Shown: positions 13,536 through 27,400 of the stretch, one piece after another
Position numbering within the stretch: position 1 is the stretch's first letter
How the letters are laid out: each line of letters starts with the position of its first letter
NCBI GenBank assembly: GCA_905178155.1
Contig: CAJINV010000002.1
Location: forward strand, 11,951,327 to 12,015,326
DNA length: 64,000 nt
Direction of reading: 5' to 3'
Origin: Amoebophrya sp. A120
Taxonomy: Eukaryota; Protista; Dinoflagellata
The notes under the pieces: model-generated
Database searches by the model: none
Told to the model about the DNA's origin: nothing
Seen by the model: only the letters and a program-made list of their open reading frames with translations
Translations under genes and position numbers: made by a program

Positions 13536-15645
13536 TAGAGGCTGTGCAACAATTGGACCCCCTTTCGACAGGTCGAAAGGGGGGGGGGGTAGGTAGGTCG
13601 ACTGCCGGAATCCGGCGGCCGGCCCGCCGATGTGTGGGTGGGGGTCCGGCCCCACCGGCATTGGTCGGGTGGGGGTCACGGCCCGTGGCTCGGTCGCCGG
13701 CTCCCCCGGCACTGGTCGGAGGCCCGCCTTTGCTTGTGTGCAGGCACTTATCCACGGCACCGGGCTTCACTACTCCGACAAGGAGCAAAACGCACTCCGC
13801 TTTGTTCTTTGTCGGAGCAGCGAGCCACCGAAACCGGCCCCGCGCAGCATGATACTGGAATGGCCTCAGCTTACGCACTGGCCCACAGCTCTACTTTTTG
13901 GGGGGTTGCGCCGTGACCTGCTACGCCCTGTCCCTTTTCATCCTTCACGGGGCACAGCAAGCGCGAGCCCTGCCTTTCACTCCGCCGATTTTCCGTCGGG
14001 GGAGGGGCTCTGTTGCATGGCCTGGCGCGCGATACGAGGCCGCGCGCCATCCCATGGCGGGTCATTTTATTCTGGCCGGAATGGCGCAGATGTTTTTTGG
14101 AATTGACTCACAACTTGGCTCCGCGATTCTGATAGTAGATCGCAGGACCGCATCCGGCGAAGCGACTTTTTTGGCTGGCAACGACGACCACAGGCGGACT
14201 TCGTTCGCAGAAATTCAGAAGTCCGGCCTTGCCCACTATGTTAAGGCTCAAAAAAATCCATCCGCTCAACGGCTCTCAAAATGTTTGAAGCCTGGCCAGA
14301 AAAAAGGCATCTGCGCAAAAAGACACGCGCAGCAGTTTGCGACGCTCGGCTTTGTGAGCGCGTTCGCGCTGCAAAGTAGCGATTTGATTTTTTGAACCTT
14401 TTTGCGGGCCTTCATTTGTGATCATGCGCCTTTCGGGGCGGAAAAGGAGCTGGGAGCGTTTTATCATCGTTTCCCGCTCTTTCGCAAGACTCTGTGACTT
14501 GCAGAGCTTGCAAGTTTCTTTCAAACTTCAGCTGAAGTTCAAATTTGGCTTGAAGCTTTAAGTCAAATTTGAACTTCAAGTGAAGTTTGGAAGAACTGAA
14601 CTAGTCCCACAAGTGGGTCCAACAAACAAATTTCCCAATAGGATTTGGCGTTTTCCGGACTTCTGTCGGACACCGCTGAAGGAGTAGAGCAAACAAATTT
14701 TGAGCAAAAAATTGAATACCTGCAAATGTATGCGAAACGGCGAAAGGTAGAAAAAGGCTGTCAAAATGGTCGCAGCTCGTGTTTTTTGATGCTCGACGGG
14801 GGGCGCTTTACAACCTACAGCCACAGCATCGGCGACGGCTTGCGAAGTGAAGCAGTGATGGGAGTACGGTCTCGCCAACCGCATTGCAACAGCTCGCGCA
14901 CACAGATCGCGCAGAGTGCTCGGCCTTGCTCCTCGAATGCGAAGCGGGGCCCTATCGACTTTTCACCCCTTGCAAGAATTACTTCAGCAAACATTTTGGG
15001 AGCCGGGCTCCGAATGGATTTTTTTCACCCCTAACTATGGCGGATTTTATTAGACTGTGTTCATCATAGGGGTAGCCTGCCTGTGTTCGTTTTCGCTTCG
15101 TTCGCCGCGAGCCCTTGGCAAATGAATAAAAGCGGAGCCGTGGCGGTTTTCCTAGCAATTTAACCACAGCGGGCGCGCGATGCGCGGCCCGCGAAATTTT
15201 TGCAAGCAATGTAAAGCACACGCGCGTGGCTCCTAAGTTTTTTTTTACAGAGACTAGTTCGCGAAGGGAGTGGGCAATATACCGGCACCGGGCGCGCGCA
15301 GCGCGCCGCGCAAAATTTTTGCAAGCAATGTAAAGCAGCACACGCGCGCAACGTAGCTGCACCTCGGGCGGCGCGTGGTAGTTCGCGAACGAGGGTGGCA
15401 ATGTACCAGCACCGGGCGCGCGCAGCGCGCCGCGCGAAATTTTTTGCAAGTAGGCCGCGATCCAAGCAGGAAAGGCCGGGGAGCGCCTTCAGCGGGCGTG
15501 CGTAGCGCACCCCGCACAGCCCATCTGTTAGAAACTGGGGACGCTTGTCGAAAGGGGGGGGGGGAGGGGGGAGGTAGGTCGCCAGCAGGCCGCTGACCCC
15601 CCTTTCGACACGTCGAAAGGGGGTCCAGTTTTTGCACAGCCTCTA
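13536..15645. mobile_element. Non-autonomous TIR DNA transposon, 2110 bp
   Basis: ~50-bp terminal inverted repeats: TAGAGGCTGTGCAACAATTGGACCCCCTTTCGACAGGTCGAAAGGGGG ... CCCCCTTTCGACACGTCGAAAGGGGGTCCAGTTTTTGCACAGCCTCTA. GC-rich interior with subterminal repeats; no transposase ORF recognised. Confidence 0.85.
15165..15452. repeat. Three subterminal repeats (GCGCG..CGCG(C/G)AAATTTTTGCAAG...) inside the TIR element
   Basis: The motif recurs at about 15170, 15290 and 15415, roughly 120 bp apart. Confidence 0.8.
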
Positions 15646-17031
15646 TATTTTTTTCGAAGCCAGAGCTAGAGTAGAGCTTATCTGTAGGCTCCGAGTACTA
15701 AAATACGTAAATCCACGCGCATTTTTATTATAAAGAAAAGATTTAACTTGATGCGTTTGTGTCGAGCTATTCCAGTTTATTTACAGAACCTATTAGTCCT
15801 GCTTTCACTTTCAGTTTGAGTACCAACTCCGAGACTTGGTTTGAGTGGCAGACTCCGGTGACGGCTTTAGTCTCAGGCCCGGGCTTGTTGGAATTGGGTA
15901 GCAGCTTCTCGCTTCCTTGGATTCGCGTTTATACTTCGAGCTCGCGTATGATTTTCGATGGCGTTTCCAGGCAACCTTGTTGGTTGACGAGCATGACTTT
16001 CCGAGCAGCTCGCAAACGCAGCCACAGCTAAACAAGAAAACCCGAAAAAATGGAGCAGTTCCACGCTAGGTCTAGGCCCCGAGAAGGGTGCGCTTGACGC
16101 CAAGAACATGCAGCAGGCTTTCGCGCCAACAAGCATCTTGAGAAACAAAGACAAAAACTCTGCCTGCCCCCCCCTTCCCCGCACGGGCGAGGAGAGCCCA
16201 CCGAGACCCACACAGGCCTTGGCTCAACCCAGGCCACCGCGCTAGCTTGAAAAAATGCTCTGTAAAAGCTTTAGCCTCGCACGTGCGTCCGGCGAGATAA
16301 AGTTATATATAAGCCATTGGCATCAACGTCATCCTTATCGCAATGGGGCAGTAGCTGTGAATCCGAAGTCAAGCCCACGCGCAACGACGACAATAGCACC
16401 TGTCTCTCCCGCCCTTGGGGGCATGGATTGCTTGTTGTGCCCAAACACGCCCCTCGGGAACTGCCGGGGCCATGAATCCCAAGAAGAAGAAATGCTGGCC
16501 ATGTCGTGGGAGGCACGCGCGTTTACACTGAGGTGTACCTCATTGCCAGAGGGTGCGACGTTCTCCTTCTCACACAGCAGCTGCATGTGCGACGTTCTCT
16601 GATGCGCTGGAGCGTCGTGCCTTCGCACACCGACCATGCAGGGGAGGAACTGCGAGGGTGTCAGTCGCTATTTTCGGTCTATTTGTTTCTTGTCGGAAGC
16701 ACAACCCGAAGCCCGAAACTCGGTGGCTGCATTCCGCGAGTGCGATTGCTCTGGTTTTATCTAGGGCGTTTATTCACGCCGACAGGAAGGACCGTTCCTG
16801 TAACCTCCGATAAAACATCCTAGAAAGTTACTTCTAGCTTGTCTATGCATTCTGCATTCATTGATTGGGATTGCTTAGCTCTACGTGTTCTCATGTCACG
16901 CCCTCAAAAGCCGTGGAGTCAGCTCATCTAGTAGTGCCTCAATTATGAAGAGGTTGCCGCGCCCCCGTTGTGCCAACACGGCGGCGCGAGTGCAACTTGC
17001 TTATTCTCATGTCACGTCCTCCGGATGAAAA

Positions 17032-17955
17032 ATGAAAATCAGGTGCGTTTTGATGTCGGCCGCAGGCTTTGCGCTCTTGCTATTGCTCTGGAAAATGAAT
17101 AAGTGGTGCAATGAGCAGCAGTTGCGAAAAAGGAAGGAACAACAACAACGAGAAGTACTGCCAGAGAAACACCAAGGGCAAGCACAAGAAGAAATTGAAG
17201 GCATTATTTTCGTCGATCCGGAAGATGATCAAGATTCTGAATACGAGGACGCGCTGGAAGTCGGAAGCGCGGGGAGCACCGCTACCAGTCGTCACGAAGA
17301 TGAAGACGCGCTAGAAGCTGCAGCTTCAAGCTCGCAGCAATTCACTGCTGATTATCGGACAAGAAGTTCTGCGCAGACAAATTTCGGTGCGGGAAGCTCT
17401 TCGTCCTCTTCAAGCGGCGACCCCGGCACCAGCTGCACCACCACGGCTAGCGGGGAGGGAGTGTCGTCCGCGCTACAAGCTGCAGCTTCAAGCTCGCAGC
17501 AATTCACTGCTGACTATGGGACAAGTTCTGCGGCGAGAAATTTTGCTTCGGGAAGCTCTGCGTCTACTAGCAAAAGCGCCAGCAGCAGCACCAGCATAGC
17601 TGCAGGAGACAGCAACGCAGTGTTACATCATCAAGACGAGCACGATCCCGGTGCTAGCGGCGGCGTCTGCGCTCTGCTTTATCGAACGCAAGCACAGGAG
17701 CACGAGGATCAGCTAGAGGGCATGATGATGACTGGACGCGACCAAGAAGATGAGCTGGATGAAATAGACAGCAACGAAAGCGACACCGACATGACGATGC
17801 GCGGATTGGAGACGTGGACAAGATATGAACAACAAGCCAAGAACGTCATCAATGCAACGAAAACGATAGGCATATTAATAAATATTAGTACAGCAACAGC
17901 ACCACACTTGTTGGTTAGACTGAGTCTGGGACGTAATGTCGTCCATACTTGGTAA
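17032..17955 (+). CDS. Membrane-anchored acidic/Ser-rich protein with an internal 54-aa-period duplication
   Basis: 307-aa ORF with an N-terminal hydrophobic segment (AAGFALLLLLW). AL(E/Q)AAASSSQQFTADY occurs twice (17308 and 17470). The 3' end is uncertain. Confidence 0.6.
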   Translation: MKIRCVLMSAAGFALLLLLWKMNKWCNEQQLRKRKEQQQREVLPEKHQGQAQEEIEGIIFVDPEDDQDSEYEDALEVGSAGSTATSRHEDEDALEAAASSSQQFTADYRTRSSAQTNFGAGSSSSSSSGDPGTSCTTTASGEGVSSALQAAASSSQQFTADYGTSSAARNFASGSSASTSKSASSSTSIAAGDSNAVLHHQDEHDPGASGGVCALLYRTQAQEHEDQLEGMMMTGRDQEDELDEIDSNESDTDMTMRGLETWTRYEQQAKNVINATKTIGILINISTATAPHLLVRLSLGRNVVHTW

Positions 17956-20900
17956 TCTTAATCTATCATCATGTCATCCACAGGTGGATAGACTTACAGG
18001 TAAATTTGCAAGGAATACGGGCGAGGAGCACAGGCGTTAGTAGTAAAAGTAATAGGAAGAATGGACGAGCTTGCGCTTGCGCTATGTAGTCATTGCTCAG
18101 GGTCCAGGTGCAGCTGTGGCAGCTGGTGCTGCTCACTGTCAACCATCGCACATCTCACTCATGCTCAAGAATTATCCCAGAGACTAGGAACACTCAGTGG
18201 CTACGATACCTGAGCCGAACTCGAGAGGATAAAAAAAGCAGAGTCTGTCTGTTGTGAGTATGTTTTTGGTTTGTTTCGCCGCTAATAAAAAGTCGCCCTT
18301 CTTCTTCGCGAGCGGTTGCGAAAGGATCGGCGGACGTATCGTTGGCACCTGCGGACCAGAAGGGTCACGGGGGCAATGCGGCTGCTGCCCTTGCAGATGA
18401 CGAGATAAGAGGTGAGTGCTGCGTTGATTGTAGTCTAGCTAAAGCTAATTCTCATATGATATTAGAATTACGACAAACGAAGGGTCACGCTCTGCAATCA
18501 TCAAATGACCGCACGGCACTCCTGGCTTTTATCATACTTAGTTATCCACTTGCACTTCTATTTTTCGCATTCCATTGTAATACATTGACTCACTCCATCT
18601 TTCGATCCACAAATGAGAATCTCGGCCGTTGCCGTTGGCGTTGCGTCCCTTGTTCTCGTGCTGTTGGAGTTTTCAGCGAGAAGGAGGGCGCGATCAAGAT
18701 ATTGTATTGACTTGAATCATGTATTTTCAGGAATCAATAGACCGAATCGCGAAGCTGGGAGGAGGGATGAAGTAGCTTAGTTACTCTGAATTTAAGGTCT
18801 ACCCTCTGATATATGTCCTTACCTTTTCTTCTACATAATGATAATAAACACATATTTAGCAACATGATGAATGATGGTGCAGTGCAAGAAGACTTGCACT
18901 TGAAGTGCCAGCACCTTGAGTTTTCGATTGTGATGTGGACGATACTTGTTAATTTATTGCTCTCGATAACTAAAAATGTAACAGTAACTGACTGCCATTG
19001 TCGCGTCAGTCATCGTGTAGTTGGCTTCGCTCCATCCTTGTTGTAGCCATCCTTCTTCGCCGCGTGCGAGGACGAGAAGTAGGATGTAGGCTTGCGATTA
19101 TTTGAAAAAAAAAGCCTCCTTGGAGGAAAATTAACCATCTTTGAGGGAAGAATGCAAATGCCACTTCATCAACTTCTGGGGGCTAGGAGCCACCCGCTTG
19201 TTGATCGTTAGTTTCAGCAGAATGAAACAAATACAGACGACGGTACAACTTTCTTCCGTTTACATTCTTTGTACATCATCGTGGATGTGTTTCTCTTGTT
19301 ATGTTAAGTTGCAGCGTAGCAAGCAATAGCAAACGCAAAGAAAAGGAACAAGTCAGAAAGTTATTGGCTCCGGGGAGAGTTGTTTTAGGCCAACAGCCGC
19401 TTCACGCAGCTTCTGTTGTGGCAAGAGTTCGGGAAATTCATGCACGTTGTTCCTGTTCTTGTGCTGGCCCTGTGGCCGACTTACTTAAGTATCTGCCTGC
19501 AGTGTATAATTCTTGCGTCCGCGTTGGTGAGTATCAAGACCTCAGCGCATTTGCGCAGGGACATTCGCCACGGATATAAATGCTACAGTGCTATAGTAGT
19601 GTTAGGTAGTTTAGTTTACTTTGCGTTGCTTATTGTTGTGCTTCTCTCTTATTGTTATATATATTTTTCACACACGCGGGCAGAACAAGTATCCACACAC
19701 GCGCCGCGCCCATTTCTAGCAAGGGACTCTATTGATATCGTCGCGCACGACTCCGCTTCCGCATGCCCAGACTTACACTCGCACTCACTCTCACGCATTG
19801 CATTTTCATGTATGACTACAGCGCTGGACTGGGTATGTTGCGTCTCATCTCGTCGATTTCGTTGATCACGGCATGATGCTTCTTCTCGCCTGTCCTCGGT
19901 TTCGTGCTTCTTGATTGTTTCGTCCTCGTGCAAAAACACTGACTGCGTCCGCAAGAAAAGCTGCAAAGCACTCGTAAAATAAACGTTTCTGACGTCAAAA
20001 TTCGTTTCTTCGTCTTGTTTGTCGTCGTGACAATCCACTTTGTACTTGCAGCGGATTTCCTCGTGCAACATTTACATTTCGTCCGTCGTTTTTCAGGCCG
20101 ATGCAATTTTCTGCACTAATCCTCTTCATACGTCGTGCGTTTTCTTGGCAATGTGTAGATATATATTCCGACATTCCACCACCTCCTCCACCTCCAGAGT
20201 CAAGGATATTGTTGTCTCCCCGTAGTTGATAGACAAGTCCCGACTTTTCCGATTCTCCTTTTTACAGCGTTTGTGTCCTCTTAAGTAGTAGATTTTAGAT
20301 TAATGGTCATCCCGTGGTTGCATCCAGGTCAAATAGCACGGCTGCCAATTCTTGTTTAGTTCGGTCAACCGCAACCGCAACACAATTGCTCAAACTCTTT
20401 ACTTTTTTACGTGAATAAGTGTAAGCGAAATGAACAAGGCGAAGAACACTAGAGCATGAGAAGGGCATTTCCCCAGCACGGAAGCAGAAACGTGCCTTGC
20501 ACATCTGGAGCAAGGGGCGGTCTTTCTATCCCGATCTTCCTGGTAATTATCCTTGCCGCCATGAAGAGAGCCGTACTTGCGCGACATCCCCCAGGGTCCT
20601 TCAATCGGGCTGGAAAACACCTTGCCGCCTTTGCGTTGGTTGCACAAGGACCGATATCGTACGCAAAAGCTGCAGCACTGTGAGGACTTTGTTCAATATT
20701 TTATTGTTGCCAAATGAGGAAGCGGAAAGCGAAAAGCGTTGTTCCACGGGGAACCAGTAATTGCATCGTGCATGTATTCTTACATCCAACAGATGAAGCC
20801 CAGCGACAAGATAACAAGTCCCTGGGTAGCATCTAGTGAATGTTGTGCTTCCGTTGTGCGTACTTGTTCATCGACTCAGTCCGCAGTGACGCAGTTTATT

Positions 20901-21469
20901 TTCTTCCGCGATACCGGAGGGAAGCTCGCGCCGCGAGGAGGATCGCGGCGGACACGGCCGAGAAGATCCAGAAACTGTTTCCCGGGGCGGAGATCCTCGA
21001 CTACTCATCTGAGGACGCTGGGGAGTTTGAACAACCCCCGTGGAAGCTTGCCTATCAAAATGAAAATCATTGCCCCATACAATATAGGCGTACGTCGTTG
21101 AAGTAAGTACTTGCAAATATGCATGACGATTTGTGGTGACACACAAGCAACTCGTACTCAGGGTACACTGTCTACTCGAACTTGTATTTCGGATTTTGCA
21201 TTGCAATTATGTATTCACACCGACGTCGTCATCTGTAAAGCACTCACTGGAGCACCCGTGCACACAGAAGTCTGCCAGGACGAGCGTTCGCTGAGAATTC
21301 GTGTGAGGCAGCGTTTTCATCATGATGGCGAAGACCTCAACACTGTAGGGAATGTTCCATATCAAAGAAATAAAAACTGCGTGTGCTAGTGTTGTGGCAG
21401 AATATATAAATACAGAACAACGAACCCGACCTCTATAAATAAAATGGACACTATCAATAATATGTTGGA

Positions 21470-24400
21470 ATGAAACGTCTCAGGCCGCGGTCGCTGTTTA
21501 GACATACGCGTCGAAGTTTGCCACTATTATTCCCATGCGATAGTCGTTCCCGTCCCGTCTGCCTGAAGAACTTGTATTTATTTTCTTTCCATCTACTGCT
21601 ACTGCAAGTGCAAGTGCAATCGCAAAGTCCTCTAGCCTTGCATCACACTATCACACGTTTTCTCTTCCATAGTGGAGCATGGGAAGACACCGAAGTTCTG
21701 GAAAAAAACGCTGACGATGCGGCAAGATACGGTCTAGTACCTGGTACTTGTCAGGCGCCCGTCGCTAACAAGGAGAAGAAGCCCCCGAGTGTGCTCGCGG
21801 ACAAAACCTGCCAGAGCGTCTGCGTGGAAGAGGAAGACGCTTACTCCTGCTTTTTTGACCCTGCAACGCGGTGGTGTGCGTGCAAGGATTCAACAGGCAA
21901 GACCAAGCCGAAGTACGAAGTAGAGAGCGCAGATGCGGCTGTGACAGAAATCACGGAAGGACGGGCTGGCGAAATTGACGCCTCATCTCCATCTTTATTT
22001 GGCGCGGGTAGGTGCACGGGTAACATCCTTCGTACCGTGAAGAATGCGGACGGGGCCACCGAGAATTGCCAGGACCTCTGCGAAAAGAAAGAGACAGTGG
22101 TTCGCTGTTTCTTCGAGCTCACGACCGACCATGCCGGGTGCAAGTGCCGCGACAAAAATCACGAGTACGTTCCGGACTACAAGACGCGCGAGGAAGCGGG
22201 AGCTGAGGCAGTTGTTGCGGAAACCGAAGAACTGGACGCTGGTGAAGCGGAACAAACCTTTTTCTACAGGGATCTGCTTCAGTGTGTGGCGCCTGCCGGG
22301 AAGAAAGACCTTGAGAGCGAGGTGTTTCGCGCTGTAGTGGATGGTAACAGACGGACCTGTGGGAACGTCTGTGAGCAAGACGGCAAGAACGACGCGTATT
22401 CTTGTTTTTTCGACCCCGCCACACGGGACTGTGGGTGCGTGCATTCGTTGAACAAATTCAAGCCGCATTACCTGGGCGCGGCGGAGAGCGTCCAGAGAGT
22501 GAGCGTCGAAGGCGCAGGAAGTGACGATAATAAAAACGTGGACTTCAACGGTCGCTGCAAGGGAAAGGCGACACGGACGCTTGGCGACGGTGGGAAGGGC
22601 TGCAGTGATGTGTGTGCGCAACAGCAGACCATGCTTGATTGCTTTTTCCAGGCTGACGCAAAGAGCTGCAAGTGTCGTGACGTGAACCATGAGTACCTGC
22701 CGATTTATGAAGCTGCCGATGCTGGCTCGGGCGACCAAGAGATCGTCGAGCCAACCACGGAACAGCTGACGCAGGCTGCCGCAGAACCGGACAAGAATGG
22801 AGATGGAGAGCCTGAAAGTATTGCATTGCATCGCTGCAGCGCTCCCGGAGCAGATGCCTCGATGAGCAAGGTCGACCCGTCGAAGAGCTGTGCCACTGTC
22901 TGCACAGAAAAGAAAACCGCGTACTCCTGCTTCTTTGATCCCGCCGCGCGGGATTGTGGATGCATTGACAAACTGAATGGGTACGTCGCTCAATACGACC
23001 CTCCTACACAGGCCAGGCAGTACGTCAAAGTGGAAGACGTTGCACAAATATCGCTAGAAGCCGACCTCCTCGGCTGCACGGGAAGCGCCGTCCGCAAGGT
23101 GTCGACGTTGGCCGGCACCGAGCAAAAGTGCAGTGAGCTCTGTGTGAGCAAAACCAGTCTGATGCAGTGCTTTTTCGAGGCCGAGGCGAAGGCGTGCCTC
23201 TGTGGAGACAAGACGCATACGTATGTTCCAGAGTACGCGACCGCACCCTCGGCTGCGCCGGAAGATGAGACCGTACACGTGGACGGTCCGACGGAAGTGA
23301 AGTTTGATCAAGCGTGGAGCGAAGCCTTCTTCCCGAAACAGTGCGCGGCGCCCTCGGACACAGACAGCAGGGTCTTCCCCCAAAAGAAGTGTGGGGAAAT
23401 TTGTGAAAACAGCAACCACGATGCCTACTCCTGCTTTTTTGATCCGGCATCGCGGGACTGCGGTTGCGTGGACTCGCTGAGTCTGTACATACCCTTGTAC
23501 GAGTACAAACCGGACTCAGACCCTGATGCTCTCACACAAGAGCTTGCGACCGCCGAAGCCGCTGCGAATTTCGGCAACAACCACTGCACGGGGAAGGCGC
23601 TGCGAAAACCCGGGGAAGACAGTGAACAGAACTGTCTTCAGCTCTGTGAAACCAAAACAACGGCGACTGAGTGTTTTTTCGAGGCGTTTGCGAAGGCATG
23701 CAGGTGCCGTGACAAGACTCACACTTTCATACCCGACTACGCGGACGGACAGCCCCCACCCGACGCGGTCGAGATTGTGGACGTAGCTCCAGTAGTGCCC
23801 ACAAAACTGCCATCGGCTACAGCGGGTAATTACTTACTTGATGTCGGCCGGTGCGCGGTCCCTGACGGCACCGACGGAAGCACGAAAAGCAGGGTGTACC
23901 CAAAAGAAACCTGTACTGAAATTTGCAGCGCAAGTGGGGATGCGTATGCGTGCTTTTTTGATCCTGCAGCGCGTGACTGCGGCTGCGTGGATAAGGGGTC
24001 GTCGGAATCGGAATCGCTGTACAAGCCAGACTACGAGCACACGCCCGCTAGTGGTCCGGCAACTCCTGTAACCACTGAAGCAGCACGTGAAGGTACAGTC
24101 GCAACGGACTTCGGAGCAGACTGGTGTGTGGGAAAGCGACAACGCAGCCCGGAAGGCAGCGAGAAAAAATGCGATGAAATTTGTGCAGAAAGGAACACTG
24201 CGTCGGAGTGCTTTTTCGGTACCAATTCGGAGTTGTGCAAGTGCCGCGACGTTCAGCACAAGTACATTCCGGAGTACGCCGCGGACCAGGAACCGTCCGA
24301 GGCCGAGGAGATTGTGGACGTAGCTCCAGTAGTGCCCCAAAAACTGTCACCGGCTGAAGCGGGTAATTACTTACTTGATGTCGGCCGGTGCGCGGTGCCT

Positions 24401-27400
24401 GACGGCACCGACGGAAGCACGAAAAGCAGGGTATACCCAAAGAAAACCTGCACTGAAATTTGCAGCGCAAGTAAGGATGCGTATGCGTGCTTTTTCGATC
24501 CTGCAGCGCGGGACTGCGGCTGCGTGGATAAGGGGTCGCCGAAATCGCTGTACGAGCCAGACTACGAGCACACGCATGCTAGTGGTAGTGAGGCAACTCC
24601 TGTAACCACTGAAGCAGCAGGTGCAGGTACAGTCGCAACGGACTTCGGAGAAGACTGGTGTGTGGGAAAGCAACAGCGCAGGCCGGAAGGCGGCGAGAAA
24701 AGATGCGATGAAATTTGTGCAGAAAGGAACACTGCGTCGGAGTGCTTTTTCGGTACCAATTCGGAGTTGTGCAAGTGCCGCGACGTTCAGCACAATTACA
24801 TTCCGAAGTACGCCGCGGACCAAGAACCGTCCGAGGCCGAGGAGATTGTTCCCGAGCAGGGTGGTCCGACGCTGTTATCGTCAACCGCTGCTGCGGGCTT
24901 AGCCATGGAATGCACGGGTGATGCGGCTCGGCAAAGCAAGGTGTTGTCAAAATTCAATTGCGAGCAAGTCTGCACCAGTCGCGAGGAAGCGTACAGGTGC
25001 CTCTTCGACCCCGCGGGGCGTGACTGCGCATGCACGGACAAGGACGGCAAGTTCACGCCAAACTACGCCTATGTTAGCGGCAGTGCAACAGTACTCACTC
25101 GAGCAGACGCGGAAAATCTGGACGCAGACCTCTTCAAAGAAAAGGGTCGCTGCACTGGCAATGAAAAAAGGGTGAGTTCCCATGATGGGAAGACTACCTG
25201 CAGGGCTTTGTGCGAGCAGCAAACGACCGCGCTTGAGTGCTTCTTCGAAGACAATACGCAGGCGTGCGACTGCCGGGACGTGAAGCATGAATACGTGCCC
25301 GACTATCACGCCTCTGAAGCAGCTGCTGGGCACCAGGGCGATCAAAATGCAGAAGCGCAGGGTCAGACTAACCCTGCGCTGGCCGGAGACTTGTCCACCG
25401 TCGCCACTGGGGGTGAGGAAACAATGCTTTTCGAGGAGGGCACAATTCCCGGCGTGGGCGGGCTGAAGTATGAACCGACGAGCACCGGGCGCGATGCGGC
25501 CACCTTGGGGTTCGCGAACACCGTGAACGACCGGCTTCTGAAAGAAATGCACGACATGGACGCCAAACTCACCGCCGCGGCCAACGCCGCAGGCGCGGAG
25601 GCGAAACAGACGGCCGCCACCCTGCGTCCGGTGTTTCTCACGAAGCAGCTCAGGTTTTTGCAGCAGGCGGACCAGGTGACGAAGTTTTTCACGGACGAGG
25701 TGTTTACACTGATGGTGAACCAGACCACGCTGACAGCAGACGTCGCCATCGCGCTGGAGGTCTCGCAGTACGCCAACGCGACGTCCTCGGGCGGGGCGAA
25801 GAGCGCGGCCAGCAGCCTGGTGGTGCACGAAAAAGCCGTCGAGACCGCTGCGCGCGCGTTCGCGATGCGCATGCGGCAACACTTGAACGACCACACGTCG
25901 GAGACGTCGGACCTGCCCTGGGCCGCGGAGTGGGCGCCGGAGACGTCCGCAGGTGCGACGCACCGGCCCGGGAGCGTGGTCCCGCTCTACGCGGAAGTCT
26001 CCCAAGTGAAGCAGATGGACGCGGCGCTGATCGACACTTTCCTGCGCGAAACCGTCCTGAAGAGCGGCGTGGTGGAGAATGCAAAGCCGGAGGAGGAGAA
26101 GGAACTGAACCACACCACGCAGAAGTTTTTCTACGACCTGCGTGGGGTGATGCTGGACTCCGTCGCGCTCGGGGGCGACACGGTGCAGGACCGGCGCGCG
26201 GAGCTGTACGGCCACGCCGTACGGGACCTGTTTTTCGCCACGTTCGCCGGGCCGGTGGTACTGACGGAGGCGGCGGCCCAAGAGCTGGCCGACAAGCTCG
26301 CGGCCGCAGGGAAGCCGGCCTTCGACGGGCGCTGCGCGGGTTCTGATGCGAGTGGCGACGGCTGTGAAAAGCTGTGCAGCGAAAAAGTTGACGCGCACAA
26401 CTGCTTCTTCGCGGCCGAGGGGAAGAACTGCCAGTGCCACGACAAAAACTTTGAGTACTTCGCGGACTACAACACTGCCCTCGTCGCGAGCGCCCCACCG
26501 CGCGCGGAGGCGTTCGCTGCCGAAGCCGTGATCGCAACCGACGCCCAGGAGTTTGCGCGGAAACAGCGTGTGGCGGTCAAGGCCGCCCGCGACTTGCGCA
26601 CAACGGTCCTTCGCGGAGCCAGCAGCAACTTTGGCGTGTCCGCCTCTTGTTGCGGAGACGCCCTTTCCGCAGCCGAGCGATTGAGCGGAGACGCGCCCGA
26701 GCAAGCGACAGCTGCAAAAGGTTTGTTTGGGTCCGCCTCTTCTTCCTTTGCACAAACTGTGCCGGCGGTGGAGCGCTGTCCGGACGTCAAGCAACTCGCT
26801 GTAAAGATTCAGGGTGACATCACCACCGATCTGCTTGGGGACGCAAACGCTGACGTGCGGTACTTCAACCTGTACCTGGGCGCCGACATGCTGGAAACGC
26901 AGCAGGGGCCGGAAGAGGACAGGCGTGTGCGGTTCGTTCTCCGTGAGGCCATCGTGACGAGCCCGTCGCAACCGCAAGGCGGTACGTGTGCTGCATTTGT
27001 CTCTATTGAGGTTTTCCGGTCTCATTTTTGTTTTGAATTTGATGATTTTGTTTCTAGGTAGCATCATTCCGCACGATCCACCGTGTCGTACCACAAGAAA
27101 AATAACAACTGTAAACCAGGCATTGTTCCTTCGGTTTCGCACAAAGTGCTGGTCGTATCCGCCGTGGATTTCTTTGCGTTGGCGAAGCCGTTGTTTCAAT
27201 TTTTGGAATGGGATTGCCCGGCCGAGTGCTTCGTGGTGGTGTTGGGCAGCCAGTTTGAGCTCGGCGGGCACGAGACTATTGGGCAAGACACGCTCGCGCT
27301 CGACGAGCGGGCTTACCTTTCCTGGCTCAAGAAGCACGTGTACATGTTCAGCGACCGCGTCCGCTTCGCGCTGCTCAGCGCAGACTACCGGTCTCACCTC

